Assembly: GCA_022014175.1 (NCBI GenBank)
Contig: JAKLLR010000001.1
Coordinates: 1-52,434 of the forward strand
DNA: 52,434 nt
Reading direction: 5' to 3'
Source: Gammaproteobacteria bacterium
GTDB lineage: Bacteria > Pseudomonadota > Gammaproteobacteria > Immundisolibacterales > JAKLLR01
In this document: positions 18,672 to 27,277 of the stretch, in pieces
Layout: each line of letters opens with the position of its first letter
Numbering within the stretch: the first letter of the stretch is position 1
Program-made: the position numbers and the translations under genes
The notes under the pieces: model-generated
Seen by the model: only the letters and a program-made list of their open reading frames with translations
Database searches by the model: none
Told to the model about the DNA's origin: nothing

Positions 18672-18734
18672 TATCAGTCGGCCTGGCGCCGACCTTAATG
18701 GTCTCCAGAGGCGGGTTTTATCCCCTGTCTCGGA

Positions 18735-19904
18735 TTACCTCAAACCTGCGGCTTCGCGCAGTTCGTCAGCCCGGTCGGTCCGTTCCCAGGTGAATTCCGG
18801 CTCCTCCCGGCCAAAGTGGCCGAAGGCGGCGGTGCCCCTGTAAATCGGGCGGAGCAGATCCAGGGTCTGGGTGATCGCCTTGGGGCGAAGGTCAAAGTGG
18901 GCCCGCACCAGCTCGACGCAGCGGGCGTCGCTGACCCGACCGGTGCCAAAGGTGTTGACGCTGATGGAGGTGGGTTTGGAGATGCCGATGGCGTAGGAGA
19001 CCTGAATTTCGCAGCGATCGGCAATGCCCGCAGCGACCAGGTTCTTGGCCACATAGCGTCCGGCGTAGGCGGCCGAGCGGTCAACCTTTGACGGGTCTTT
19101 GCCGGAGAAGGCGCCACCGCCGTGGCGGGCCATGCCGCCATAGGTGTCCACAATGATCTTGCGCCCGGTCAGGCCGCAATCGCCGACCGGTCCACCGATC
19201 ACGAATCGGCCCGTGGGATTGATCAGGTAACGGGTCTCCGAGTCCAGCAGCTCCGCCGGCAGAACGGGTTTGATGATCTCCTCCAGCACCGCGTCTTCGA
19301 GGGTTTTATGGTCGATGTCATCGGTGTGCTGGGTAGAGAGCACCAGGGTCTCAATGGCCACCGGTTTGCCATCCTCGTAACGGAAGGTCACCTGGCTTTT
19401 AGCGTCGGGGCGCAACCATTCGAGGATCCGTTTATGGCGCACTTCTGCCTGTCGCTGCATCAGGCGGTGGGCGTAGGTGATCGGTGCCGGCATCAGCACA
19501 TCGGTCTCGTTGCTGGCGTAACCGAACATCAGACCCTGATCGCCGGCGCCCTGGTCCAGATCGAGCCCGGAGCCTTCGTTGACGCCCTGGGCAATGTCAT
19601 CTGACTGCTTGTCGATACTGGTCAAGACCGCGATGCTGTCGGCATCAAAGCCCAGCTCCGGATAGACGTATCCGATCTCCCGGATGGTCTTGCGTACCAC
19701 CTCCTGGTAGTCGACCCAGACGGTGGTGCTGATCTCCCCGGAAATCACCGCCATGCCGGTGTTGACCATGGTTTCGCAGGCGACTCTGGCGTGGGGATCC
19801 TGGCGCAGGATCGCATCCAGAATGGCGTCTGATATCTGGTCTGCGACCTTATCTGGGTGGCCCGCGGAGACGGATTCAGAGGTGAACAGGAAGGGCTCGG
19901 CCAT
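18735..19904 (-). CDS. metK: S-adenosylmethionine synthetase
   Basis: 389 aa, [29 protein letters not shown]…[12 protein letters not shown]…[19 protein letters not shown]. Confidence 0.95.
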   Translation of the reverse strand: MAEPFLFTSESVSAGHPDKVADQISDAILDAILRQDPHARVACETMVNTGMAVISGEISTTVWVDYQEVVRKTIREIGYVYPELGFDADSIAVLTSIDKQSDDIAQGVNEGSGLDLDQGAGDQGLMFGYASNETDVLMPAPITYAHRLMQRQAEVRHKRILEWLRPDAKSQVTFRYEDGKPVAIETLVLSTQHTDDIDHKTLEDAVLEEIIKPVLPAELLDSETRYLINPTGRFVIGGPVGDCGLTGRKIIVDTYGGMARHGGGAFSGKDPSKVDRSAAYAGRYVAKNLVAAGIADRCEIQVSYAIGISKPTSISVNTFGTGRVSDARCVELVRAHFDLRPKAITQTLDLLRPIYRGTAAFGHFGREEPEFTWERTDRADELREAAGLR

Positions 19905-19984
19905 GGTGTGCTCGCTGTAGATCTAGTGACTAACTTTGTTGCTCGATGCAGGTGTCGTCGGGACCAAAACCGCAGCGGCGAAGT

Positions 19985-20626
19985 CTACGGTAAATCTCGG
20001 TCGGGGTCGAAGGCGGAGAGGGGCAAGGGGGAGTAACCGACCTCCGTGACCAGACCCTTCAGGGGGATGTCCCAGGGCGCAGGTTCGATCCGGCTAACAA
20101 CTTGCAGGGCGTAGCCGAGTCCGATGAGTCTGGGCCTGATTGGTGGCCGTTTACCACCGCAGAAAGCGAGGGTGCGATCATAGAACCCGCCGCCCATGCC
20201 GAGGCGATTTCCCCGTTGGTCTATAGCGACCAGAGGCAGAAAAATCAGATCAAGCTGGTTGGCCCGGCGGAGCTGGCTGGCGGCGACCACGGGCTCACCA
20301 ATACCGTAGCGGTTCTGGCGCATGCGGGTGGGGGGTGCGCAGAGCGCAAAACGGAGGTTTCGTTGCCGCCACTGCAGCACCGGCAGGTAGACCCGCTTGC
20401 CGAGTTGCCAGAGCGTTTGAATCAGGGGACCCGTGTCCATTTCGCCGTCACTGGGCAGATAAACCGCGATGTGCCGGATCTCTGCAGGTCGGGCCAGGAT
20501 GCTGGCGTGCGCCGCCATCCTGCATGCAGCCTGGCGGGATTTGCGCGCCGGTACCGCTCTGCGCTGGGCGCGTTTCTGCTGGCGGAGGTCTGTGGCTGAA
20601 GTGAGTCTGGTCAATGATAAGCGCAT
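19985..20626 (-). CDS. 5-formyltetrahydrofolate cyclo-ligase
   Basis: …IAVYLPSDGEMDTGPLI…LPLVAIDQRGNRLGMGGGFYDRTL. The track ORF (start 20728) extends through the 6S RNA gene. The ATG at 20626 (MRLSLTRLTSATDLRQQKRAQRR…) fits the family length. The exact start is uncertain. Confidence 0.8.
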   Translation of the reverse strand: MRLSLTRLTSATDLRQQKRAQRRAVPARKSRQAACRMAAHASILARPAEIRHIAVYLPSDGEMDTGPLIQTLWQLGKRVYLPVLQWRQRNLRFALCAPPTRMRQNRYGIGEPVVAASQLRRANQLDLIFLPLVAIDQRGNRLGMGGGFYDRTLAFCGGKRPPIRPRLIGLGYALQVVSRIEPAPWDIPLKGLVTEVGYSPLPLSAFDPDRDLP

Positions 20627-20815
20627 CCACCGCAAGAGCCGTCGTGAACGGAGCCCCTTGAACGTATGAGGTCCAGGGTGGACGCCGCGGCGTTGCTTCA
20701 GGCTTCCCGCTCGAAGGCGGGTTTGCACAACGGCAACAGGCCTGGGCGTCCTATCGAAACGATAGGTTCAAGCGGTACTATAAGTTCGCAAACGAACTCC
20801 GCAGTGGATGCTCAA
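20622..20815 (-). ncRNA. ssrS: 6S RNA
   Basis: Located between zapA and the cyclo-ligase, as in E. coli (zapA-ssrS-ygfA). The minus strand contains E. coli-like blocks (GAAGCCUGAAGCAACGC; ACGUUCAAGGGGCU). The terminal stem pairs CCACUGCGGAG (5') with CUCUUGCGGUGG (3'). The ends are approximate, within about 10 nt. Confidence 0.8.
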
Positions 20816-20831
20816 TGGGTTGCGCGGGCTT

Positions 20832-21128
20832 TCACCCTCCAATTCTTTCAAGGGCCGAGTCAATTTTTCGGCCCAGGGCGGTCAGACGTGAGACTTCGAT
20901 CTCACTCTGGGAGATCCGGGTATTCAGTTTGAGCATCTCGTGAGCAATGTTGAGGGCTGCCAGAACAGCCAGTTGTTCGGCTCCGAGCACTTTGTTCCGT
21001 CCCCGGATTTCGGCGATTTTGCTGTTCAGTAGCTCCGCGGAGGCGCGGACCGCCTCCCGCTCATCCGGTTGGCAGGCGACCATATAGTCCTTGTTCGCCA
21101 CCTGGATCGCTACCGTTTCGGGCTGCAT
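20832..21128 (-). CDS. zapA: Cell division protein ZapA
   Basis: 98 aa, VAIQVANKDYMVACQPDEREAVRASAELLNSKIAEIR…LAVLAALNIAHEML. Confidence 0.9.
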   Translation of the reverse strand: MQPETVAIQVANKDYMVACQPDEREAVRASAELLNSKIAEIRGRNKVLGAEQLAVLAALNIAHEMLKLNTRISQSEIEVSRLTALGRKIDSALERIGG

Positions 21129-21131
21129 TAT

Positions 21132-21329
21132 CTACCCCTGATCCATGCTGCGCAGGCGGGAGATGATGGCCTCAACCCGGGTGCGGGCGGTTTCGGTCTT
21201 TCTCATCAACTGGGCCCGCTCCTGCTGCAACTCATCGGACTGCTGTCGCAGGCTGCTGTTTTCCAGGGAGAGCTGCTCAATCTGGGTGATGAGTTGATCA
21301 ACCTGATCTTCAAGTTTTTGCAGGTCCAT
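21132..21329 (-). CDS. Small coiled-coil protein (TIGR02449-like, ZapB-like) upstream of zapA
   Basis: MDLQKLEDQVDQLITQIEQLSLENSSLRQQSDELQQERAQLMRKTETARTRVEAIISRL, with a heptad pattern. AGGAA lies 5 nt upstream of the ATG at 21329. The track ORF extends to a TTG at 21395; another ATG lies at 21359. Confidence 0.65.
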   Translation of the reverse strand: MDLQKLEDQVDQLITQIEQLSLENSSLRQQSDELQQERAQLMRKTETARTRVEAIISRLRSMDQG

Positions 21330-21469
21330 CGGTTCCTGTTCTGAGCGTTCCTGGTTCATGAGATGCAATATAGGGGTGCCTTGGAGCGGGGTCAACGCAT
21401 GCTAGACTTCAGGGACCCGAATCTGCCGGATCCCGGTGGGATTCTAGTCCATTTTTCTGGTTTTCCAGC

Positions 21470-22000
21470 GTGATCAAGACAGACTACGACGACCTCGAAA
21501 CCCTGCTGGCTGCATTCAATGTTCCGCTGACTGCGGCGCAGATTCATGGCTATCTGGCGGGGCTGGTGGTGACCGGCTCCCAGGGGGGGATGCAGACCCT
21601 GCTGGACCACGCGGAGATGGATGTAGAGCGGCTGGAACCGCTGGTCGAGGGGCTGGCGGCGGTTTCCGAGGAGATTCGCCAGGGTTTTGCCGAGCCGGAA
21701 CCTTTTGATCCCCTGCTACCGGACGACGATAGCCCGTTAGTTGAGCGGGTGGCGGCGCTGGGCGACTGGTGCAGCGGTCTGTTATCGGGGCTGAGTGACA
21801 GCGAGCCGGGCGGGGGGATGTCTGCCGAGGCACAGGAGGTGGTAGAGGATATACAGGCACTGGCCGAAGCGGAATACAGCGGAGATGATGAGGCCGAGGA
21901 GGTCGCTTTTACCGAATTGACGGAGTTTCTCCGCGTGGCGGTCGCTCTGCTGTTTGCAGAGCTGCTGCCGGTTTCTCACGGAGAGGATGGTGACGAATGA
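21470..22000 (+). CDS. ygfB: UPF0149 family protein YgfB
   Basis: 176 aa with a GTG start, YDDLETLLAAFNVPLTAAQIHGYLAGLVV…, and an acidic C-terminus. Position upstream of pepP matches E. coli. Confidence 0.8.
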   Translation: MIKTDYDDLETLLAAFNVPLTAAQIHGYLAGLVVTGSQGGMQTLLDHAEMDVERLEPLVEGLAAVSEEIRQGFAEPEPFDPLLPDDDSPLVERVAALGDWCSGLLSGLSDSEPGGGMSAEAQEVVEDIQALAEAEYSGDDEAEEVAFTELTEFLRVAVALLFAELLPVSHGEDGDE

Positions 22001-23310
22001 TACAGGCCAGTGAATTTGCCCGACGGCGCCGGGCGCTGTTGAAGGCCATAGGTGACGGAGTGATGATTGTTCCCACCGGCCCGGTGCGAAGGCGCAACAG
22101 CGACGTCGAATATCCCTATCGGTCGGATAGTGATTTTTACTATCTGAGCGGCTTTCCGGAGCCGGAGGCGGTGCTGGTGCTCTGCCCCGGTCGGGCGCAT
22201 GGTCAGTACATTCTCTTCTGTCGTGAGCGTGATGCGGAGAAAGAGGCCTGGAATGGTGACCGTGCCGGCCTGGAGGGCGCTGTTGAGCGCTACGGTGCCG
22301 ATGATGCGTTCCCCGTCACCGATATCGACGACATCATGCCCGGGCTGATGGAGAACCGCTCCAAGCTGTATTACTCCATGGGCCGCCATAGCGAGTTTGA
22401 CCGGCGGGTGCTCGGCTGGGTCAACCAGCTGCGGGGCCAGGCCCGTAGCGGGGTTCATGTCCCGGGTGAGTTTGTGGATCCGGGCCATCTGATTCACGAC
22501 ATGCGACTGATCAAGAGTGCGGCGGAGAGGCGGATCATGGCTGCGGCGGCCAGGCTCTCCTGCAAGGCCCACATCGCTGCGATGGAGATCTGTCAGCCCG
22601 GGATGTGGGAGTACCAGATCGAGGCCCAGCTGCTCTCATCCTTTATGGCCGGGGGCTCCCGTTCGCCGGCCTATCCCAGTATTGTCGGCGGCGGCCAGAA
22701 TGGTTGTGTGCTGCACTATGGCAGCAACAATGCGCAACTGCAGGACGGGGATCTGCTGTTGATTGATGCTGGTGCCGAACTGGAGAACTACGCCGCTGAC
22801 ATTACCCGGACCTTCCCGGTGAACGGCCACTACAGCGACCCGCAGAAGGCACTCTATGAGGTGGTTCTGGCGGCTCAGGCTGCGGCGATCGAACAGGTTC
22901 GTCCGGGCAACCACTGGAATAACCCCCATGAGGCCGCGGTAAGGGTGCTGACCGAAGGGCTGGTGGATCTCGGCCTGTTACAGGGTGAGGTTTCAGAGTT
23001 GATCGAAACCGAGGCCTACCGGCCCTTCTATATGCATCGGACCGGCCACTGGCTGGGCATGGATGTGCATGATGTCGGCGACTACAAGATCGACGATGCC
23101 TGGCGGCTGCTGGAGCCGGGTATGGTGCTCACGGTGGAGCCGGGACTCTACATCCGGGCAGGGACCGGTGGCGTGGACGAGCGGTGGTGGAATATCGGTA
23201 TCCGGATTGAAGATGATGTGGTGGTCACCAAAACCGGCCACAAAGTACTCACCGATGGCGTGCCTAAATCGGTGGCGGAGATTGAGCGGGTGATGTCTGG
23301 CCGCCCATGA
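21997..23310 (+). CDS. pepP: Xaa-Pro aminopeptidase
   Basis: 437 aa with the M24B metal-ligand context (LIDAGAELENYAADITRT, HRTGHWLGMDVHD, TVEPGLY, IRIEDDVV). ATGA overlap with ygfB. Confidence 0.92.
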   Translation: MIQASEFARRRRALLKAIGDGVMIVPTGPVRRRNSDVEYPYRSDSDFYYLSGFPEPEAVLVLCPGRAHGQYILFCRERDAEKEAWNGDRAGLEGAVERYGADDAFPVTDIDDIMPGLMENRSKLYYSMGRHSEFDRRVLGWVNQLRGQARSGVHVPGEFVDPGHLIHDMRLIKSAAERRIMAAAARLSCKAHIAAMEICQPGMWEYQIEAQLLSSFMAGGSRSPAYPSIVGGGQNGCVLHYGSNNAQLQDGDLLLIDAGAELENYAADITRTFPVNGHYSDPQKALYEVVLAAQAAAIEQVRPGNHWNNPHEAAVRVLTEGLVDLGLLQGEVSELIETEAYRPFYMHRTGHWLGMDVHDVGDYKIDDAWRLLEPGMVLTVEPGLYIRAGTGGVDERWWNIGIRIEDDVVVTKTGHKVLTDGVPKSVAEIERVMSGRP

Positions 23311-24524
23311 GCGCCTGTGATCTGGCCATTGCCGGCGCTGGTCCGGCGGGCTCGACCCTCGCCCTGGCCCTCTCCGGGCTCGGCCTGCGGATTATCCTGA
23401 TCGACCCCCGAGCTCCGGGGGCGACCCCCATCGGTCGGCGAACCCTCGCGCTCTCCGCCAGCTCCTGCAAAATTTTCGAGGCGCTGGGGCTCTGGCCCGA
23501 GCTGCTCTCCAGCGCCAGTCCGATTGAACAGATCCACGTCTCCGAAGCAGGCCACTCCGGCATGACCCGGTTACGCTCCGGGGAGTCCAGCCGAGGTGCT
23601 TTTGGTTACACCCTGGCCAGCGACCGGCTGGAAATCGCACTCCAGGGACGTCTGTCAGAGGCTCATGGTGTTGAACAGTTGCAGGCGCGGGTCAGCGGGT
23701 TTGAGACGAGTTCAGGGGGTGTCCAACTCAGTTTGAGTGGTGATGGTCCGGCGACTTTGCAGGCAGAGCGGGTGGTGGCAGCAGACGGCAGCGAATCAAC
23801 TCTGCGGCAGCTGGCCGGCATTCCTGTTCAGCGTTATGACTATGGCCAGATTGCGATAGCAGCAGAGGTGGTTATGGGTGGACCCCAGTCGGGCATAGCC
23901 TACGAGCGCTTTCACCGGGAGGGGCCGGTGGCCCTGCTACCTATCGTCAGCGGGGTGGGTGAGGCCCGCTTTGGGTTGGTCTGGACCGCGACTCCAGACG
24001 AGGCTGAGAGATTGCTGGCCTTGCCAAACGCGGCTTTTGAGGCGGCGCTGAATGCTCGCTTCGGTGGCCGTTTCCCGGGTTTGAAGCTGACGGCGGGCAG
24101 TCGGGTCTCGTTTCCTCTCTCTGGATTGAAGGCTGAACGACTCACTGCCCCCGGATTGCTGTTGGTGGCCAATGCGGCCCAGACGCTTCATCCGGTGGCC
24201 GGACAGGGCCTCAATCTCGGGCTGCGGGATGTGGCGGTTCTGGCAGATCTAATCGCAGGCGCTGTTCGTCAGGGTGAATCTCCTGGTTCGCCGACCCTGG
24301 GACAAGCCTACGAGGCCGCGCGGAAGCGGGACCGTAATCGGATCGCTGGCTCAAGTCGCGGTCTGGTGCAGCTGTTCGGTGCGGAACCGGGGCCTGTGGT
24401 TGCCGGCCGCAATCTCGGTTTGCATCTGATGACGCTGCTGCCGCCATTGCGGCACGCCTTCGCGCGTTACGGCATGGGACTGGGTCGGCGGGTCAGTCGC
24501 ATGGAGCGGGGCCTGGCACCATGA
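23307..24524 (+). CDS. ubiH: 2-octaprenyl-6-methoxyphenol hydroxylase (UbiH family FAD monooxygenase)
   Basis: 405 aa, DLAIAGAGPAGSTLALAL…VAADGSESTLR…ANAAQTLHPVAGQGLNLGLRD. ATGA overlap with pepP. Confidence 0.85.
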   Translation: MSACDLAIAGAGPAGSTLALALSGLGLRIILIDPRAPGATPIGRRTLALSASSCKIFEALGLWPELLSSASPIEQIHVSEAGHSGMTRLRSGESSRGAFGYTLASDRLEIALQGRLSEAHGVEQLQARVSGFETSSGGVQLSLSGDGPATLQAERVVAADGSESTLRQLAGIPVQRYDYGQIAIAAEVVMGGPQSGIAYERFHREGPVALLPIVSGVGEARFGLVWTATPDEAERLLALPNAAFEAALNARFGGRFPGLKLTAGSRVSFPLSGLKAERLTAPGLLLVANAAQTLHPVAGQGLNLGLRDVAVLADLIAGAVRQGESPGSPTLGQAYEAARKRDRNRIAGSSRGLVQLFGAEPGPVVAGRNLGLHLMTLLPPLRHAFARYGMGLGRRVSRMERGLAP

Positions 24525-24549
24525 GCGCAGCAAGATTGAGTCGGACACC

Positions 24550-25743
24550 ATGATGGGGGAGAGAGCCCATATCGTCATTGCGGGTGGCGGCATGATCGGC
24601 GGGGCTGCGGCGCTGGTGCTGGGGCGGGCCGGTTGTCGGGTCTCTCTGCTGGAACCCGCGCCTCAGCCTGGATGGCCCACAGATTCCCCACCTGCGGCTT
24701 ACGGCACCCGGGTCTGCGCCATCAGCCTCGCCTCGGTTGCCCTGCTACAGCAGTTGGAGGTCTGGCCCCGGGTCGTTGCTCAGCGAGTCAGCCCCTTTCG
24801 GGGGATGCAGATCTGGTCCGGCGATCCAGGACAGGCCCTGCATTTTGACAGCGCGGAGCTCGGCCAGCCGGAGTTGGGGTTCATTGTCGAGAACGACCTG
24901 TTGAGCGCTGTTCTGTGGGAGGCGCTGGGCAACCTGCCGGAGGTCACACATCTCCAGACCGCCCTCTGTGGCATGACCAAACCCCGGAGCCCGGGCAGCG
25001 AGATTAAGGTGCGTTGTAGCGACGGTGTCGAGATTAGCGCCGATCTCCTGATTGCGGCGGATGGTGCCCGCTCCCTGGGCCGGATTCTCGGGGGTTTTGC
25101 CAGCCACTGGCGTGATTTTGGCCAGAGCGCCCTGGTTGCCCGGGTGGAGACGACAGAGCCTCATCAGGAGACCGCTTATCAACGGTTTCTGGCGGGAGGT
25201 CCGCTGGCTTTTCTGCCCCTGGCAGACGGTAGCTCTTCAATCGTCTGGAGCCAGCCCCGGGCCGAGGCTGAAGCCAGGATGAGGTTGTTAGAGGCCGCTT
25301 TTCGCGACGAACTTCAGGCGGCCTTCGGCAACACCCTTGGTGCCATTGGACAGGTTGGGCCAAGGTCTGTTTTCCCCCTGATGCGCCAGCATGCGGACCG
25401 TTACGAGCAGCCTGGAGTATTACTGCTCGGGGATGCGGCCCATTCAGTCCACCCGCTGGCGGGGCAGGGGGTCAATCTGGGTTTTGCTGATATTCGGGCG
25501 CTGCAGAGTCTGATTGCGGAGGCCTCTGGAAGCTGGTGCCGCGACTCCAGCCTGCTGCGGCGTTTCGGGCGTCAGCGCAGGGCTGAAAACAGCTGCATGA
25601 TCGCGGCTATGGAGGGGTTGAAAGCGCTGTTTTCCCGGCCGGATCAGCCCCGGTCCGTGCTCATCTCAAAAGGGTTGGGGCTGGTCGATCAGATCGCCCC
25701 GTTGAAACGGTTTTTTATCAGCCGTGCGGGTGGTGTGATCTGA
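24550..25743 (+). CDS. ubiI: UbiH/UbiF/VisC(UbiI)-family ubiquinone biosynthesis hydroxylase
   Basis: 397 aa, IVIAGGGMIGGAAALVL…IAADGARS…GDAAHSVHPLAGQGVNLGFAD. Its position after ubiH matches visC/ubiI, but I cannot tell UbiI from UbiF by eye. Confidence 0.78.
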   Translation: MMGERAHIVIAGGGMIGGAAALVLGRAGCRVSLLEPAPQPGWPTDSPPAAYGTRVCAISLASVALLQQLEVWPRVVAQRVSPFRGMQIWSGDPGQALHFDSAELGQPELGFIVENDLLSAVLWEALGNLPEVTHLQTALCGMTKPRSPGSEIKVRCSDGVEISADLLIAADGARSLGRILGGFASHWRDFGQSALVARVETTEPHQETAYQRFLAGGPLAFLPLADGSSSIVWSQPRAEAEARMRLLEAAFRDELQAAFGNTLGAIGQVGPRSVFPLMRQHADRYEQPGVLLLGDAAHSVHPLAGQGVNLGFADIRALQSLIAEASGSWCRDSSLLRRFGRQRRAENSCMIAAMEGLKALFSRPDQPRSVLISKGLGLVDQIAPLKRFFISRAGGVI

Positions 25744-26392
25744 CCGCATCCGCCGTTGTGAGCTCCAGCCGAAGCCCTTCAGCGAGTCTGGTTAGCAGCG
25801 TCTGTTCAAGGGTTTCGCGAGCCGGTAGTGGTGTAATCAGGTCCGCCAGCTGAGTCACCGCCATGCCGGGGTAACCGCAGGGGTTGATCTGGTTGAACGG
25901 AGAGAGATCCATCGCGTAGTTGAAACTGAGGCCGTGGTAGGTCGCACCGCCCCGCACACGCAGCCCCAGGGCGGCGATTTTGGCCCCCTCGATATAGACC
26001 CCGGGCGCGCCCGGGCGCCGCTCAGCGGCCAGGCCAAGTTCAGATAGCAGGCTGATGATGGCCTCTTCCAGGGTGTTGACCAGACCTTTGACTGAAAGGC
26101 TCAGGGGCCGGAGCTCCAGCATTAGATAAAGCACCAGCTGTCCCGGGCCGTGGTAGGTGATCTGCCCCCCCCGGTCAGTTTTGATCACCGGGATGGTGCC
26201 GGCATCCAGCAGGTGTTCAGGGCGCCCCGCCAGTCCCTGGGTGAAGACCGGCGGATGCTCCACCAGCCAGATCTCATTGCGGCGGGTTTCCGGGGGCTGG
26301 CGGTTGTGCGCCTGCATGGCACTCCAGCACTCTCGGTAGGGGACGGTGTCGAGCCGTCGTAGCCGGGTCTCAGTTGTTGGCCGACTGTTCAC
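25718..26392 (-). CDS. lipB: Lipoyl(octanoyl) transferase LipB
   Basis: 224 aa, IWLVEHPPVFTQG…TDRGGQITYHGPGQLVLY…KIAALG. Confidence 0.92.
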   Translation of the reverse strand: MNSRPTTETRLRRLDTVPYRECWSAMQAHNRQPPETRRNEIWLVEHPPVFTQGLAGRPEHLLDAGTIPVIKTDRGGQITYHGPGQLVLYLMLELRPLSLSVKGLVNTLEEAIISLLSELGLAAERRPGAPGVYIEGAKIAALGLRVRGGATYHGLSFNYAMDLSPFNQINPCGYPGMAVTQLADLITPLPARETLEQTLLTRLAEGLRLELTTADAVRSHHPHG

Positions 26393-27273
26393 GGCCCAGT
26401 CTGGGCGGGAGACCCCTGTTGACGTAGTGCCGCCTTGTGGCGCTGAAAGGCCTGATGAACCCGCTGCCAGAGTGGCCCCGGTTCGCCCTCTCCGACCGGT
26501 TTCCCGTCAAGCCGGGTGACGGCGAGGACTTCCCGGGTAGAGCTTGTGAGCCAGACCTCTTCGGCGTTGCTCAGGTCACCTTCGCTAATTGGCTCTTCTG
26601 AGACGGGCAGGTTCTCGTTGCGGCAGAGATCCAGCACCAGATCCCGGGTGACGCCATGCAGCAGCTTGTGGCCTAAAGCCGGGGTGACAACGATGCCATT
26701 TCTGACCACAAATAGATTACTGGCGGCCCCTTCGATGGCCTGTCCGTCCCGCAACAGAATCGCTTCGTCCGCCCCGGCCTGAGCTGCAGCCTGGCGTAGC
26801 AGCACATTGGCCAGCAGGGCGGTGGTTTTGATATCACAGCGCTGCCAGCGAATGTCCGCCTGGGTAATGGCGGAGAGGCCCTCTGTCAGCCAGCTCTGGG
26901 ACGGCGGGCTCAGGGTTTCGGCCATGGCAAAAACTGTCGGTGTGGTATTCAGGGGAAAGCTGTGCGCCCGGGGGGCGACCCCCCGGGTAATCTGTAGATA
27001 GAGGCTCCGGTCCGGGCCCGGGCACTGGGCGACCAGGCGGCTCAGAATTGAAAGCCACTCAGCGTCGGAGAGGGGTTGTCTGATCTTGATGGCGTCAAGG
27101 CTGTGGCTGAGCCGCTGCAGATGCTGGTCGAGGCGAAAGAGGTGGCCGCCGTAACCGGGTATCACTTCGTAGACCCCATCGCCAAAGATGAAACCCCGGT
27201 CCATCACCGGTATCTGGGCCTCGGATAGCGGTAAAAACCGACCGTTGAGGTAGGCGGGGGTGTCGCTGCTCAC
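26389..27273 (-). CDS. dat: D-amino acid aminotransferase (class IV PLP enzyme)
   Basis: 294 aa, YLNGRFLPLSEAQIPVMDRGFIFGDGVYEVIPGYGGHLFRLDQHLQRL, matching the DAAT N-terminal pattern. PabC is an alternative but seems less likely. Confidence 0.72.
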   Translation of the reverse strand: MSSDTPAYLNGRFLPLSEAQIPVMDRGFIFGDGVYEVIPGYGGHLFRLDQHLQRLSHSLDAIKIRQPLSDAEWLSILSRLVAQCPGPDRSLYLQITRGVAPRAHSFPLNTTPTVFAMAETLSPPSQSWLTEGLSAITQADIRWQRCDIKTTALLANVLLRQAAAQAGADEAILLRDGQAIEGAASNLFVVRNGIVVTPALGHKLLHGVTRDLVLDLCRNENLPVSEEPISEGDLSNAEEVWLTSSTREVLAVTRLDGKPVGEGEPGPLWQRVHQAFQRHKAALRQQGSPAQTGP

Positions 27274-27277
27274 TGGT

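Noticed and set aside
18677-18693. Hairpin GTCGGC-n5-GCCGAC after metK, considered as an intrinsic terminator.
   Set aside because: The stem is only 6 bp and is followed on the minus strand by TGATAATG, which is not a U-tract. At best it is a weak pause site, and it overlaps the putative ahcY -35 region.
19905-19984. The metK leader, considered for a SAM riboswitch.
   Set aside because: Only 80 nt are available and I see no conserved SAM-I, SAM-II or SAM-V core that I can recognise by eye. A covariance-model scan would be needed to exclude one.
20075-20095. GGTTCGATCC, which resembles a tRNA T-loop.
   Set aside because: It lies inside the cyclo-ligase coding frame. No complementary T-stem, acceptor stem or anticodon arm can be drawn around it.
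20627-20728. Arg-rich N-terminal 34 codons of the 247-aa ORF upstream of the 5-formyl-THF cyclo-ligase.
   Set aside because: This stretch coincides with the 3' half of the 6S RNA gene, so it is not coding.
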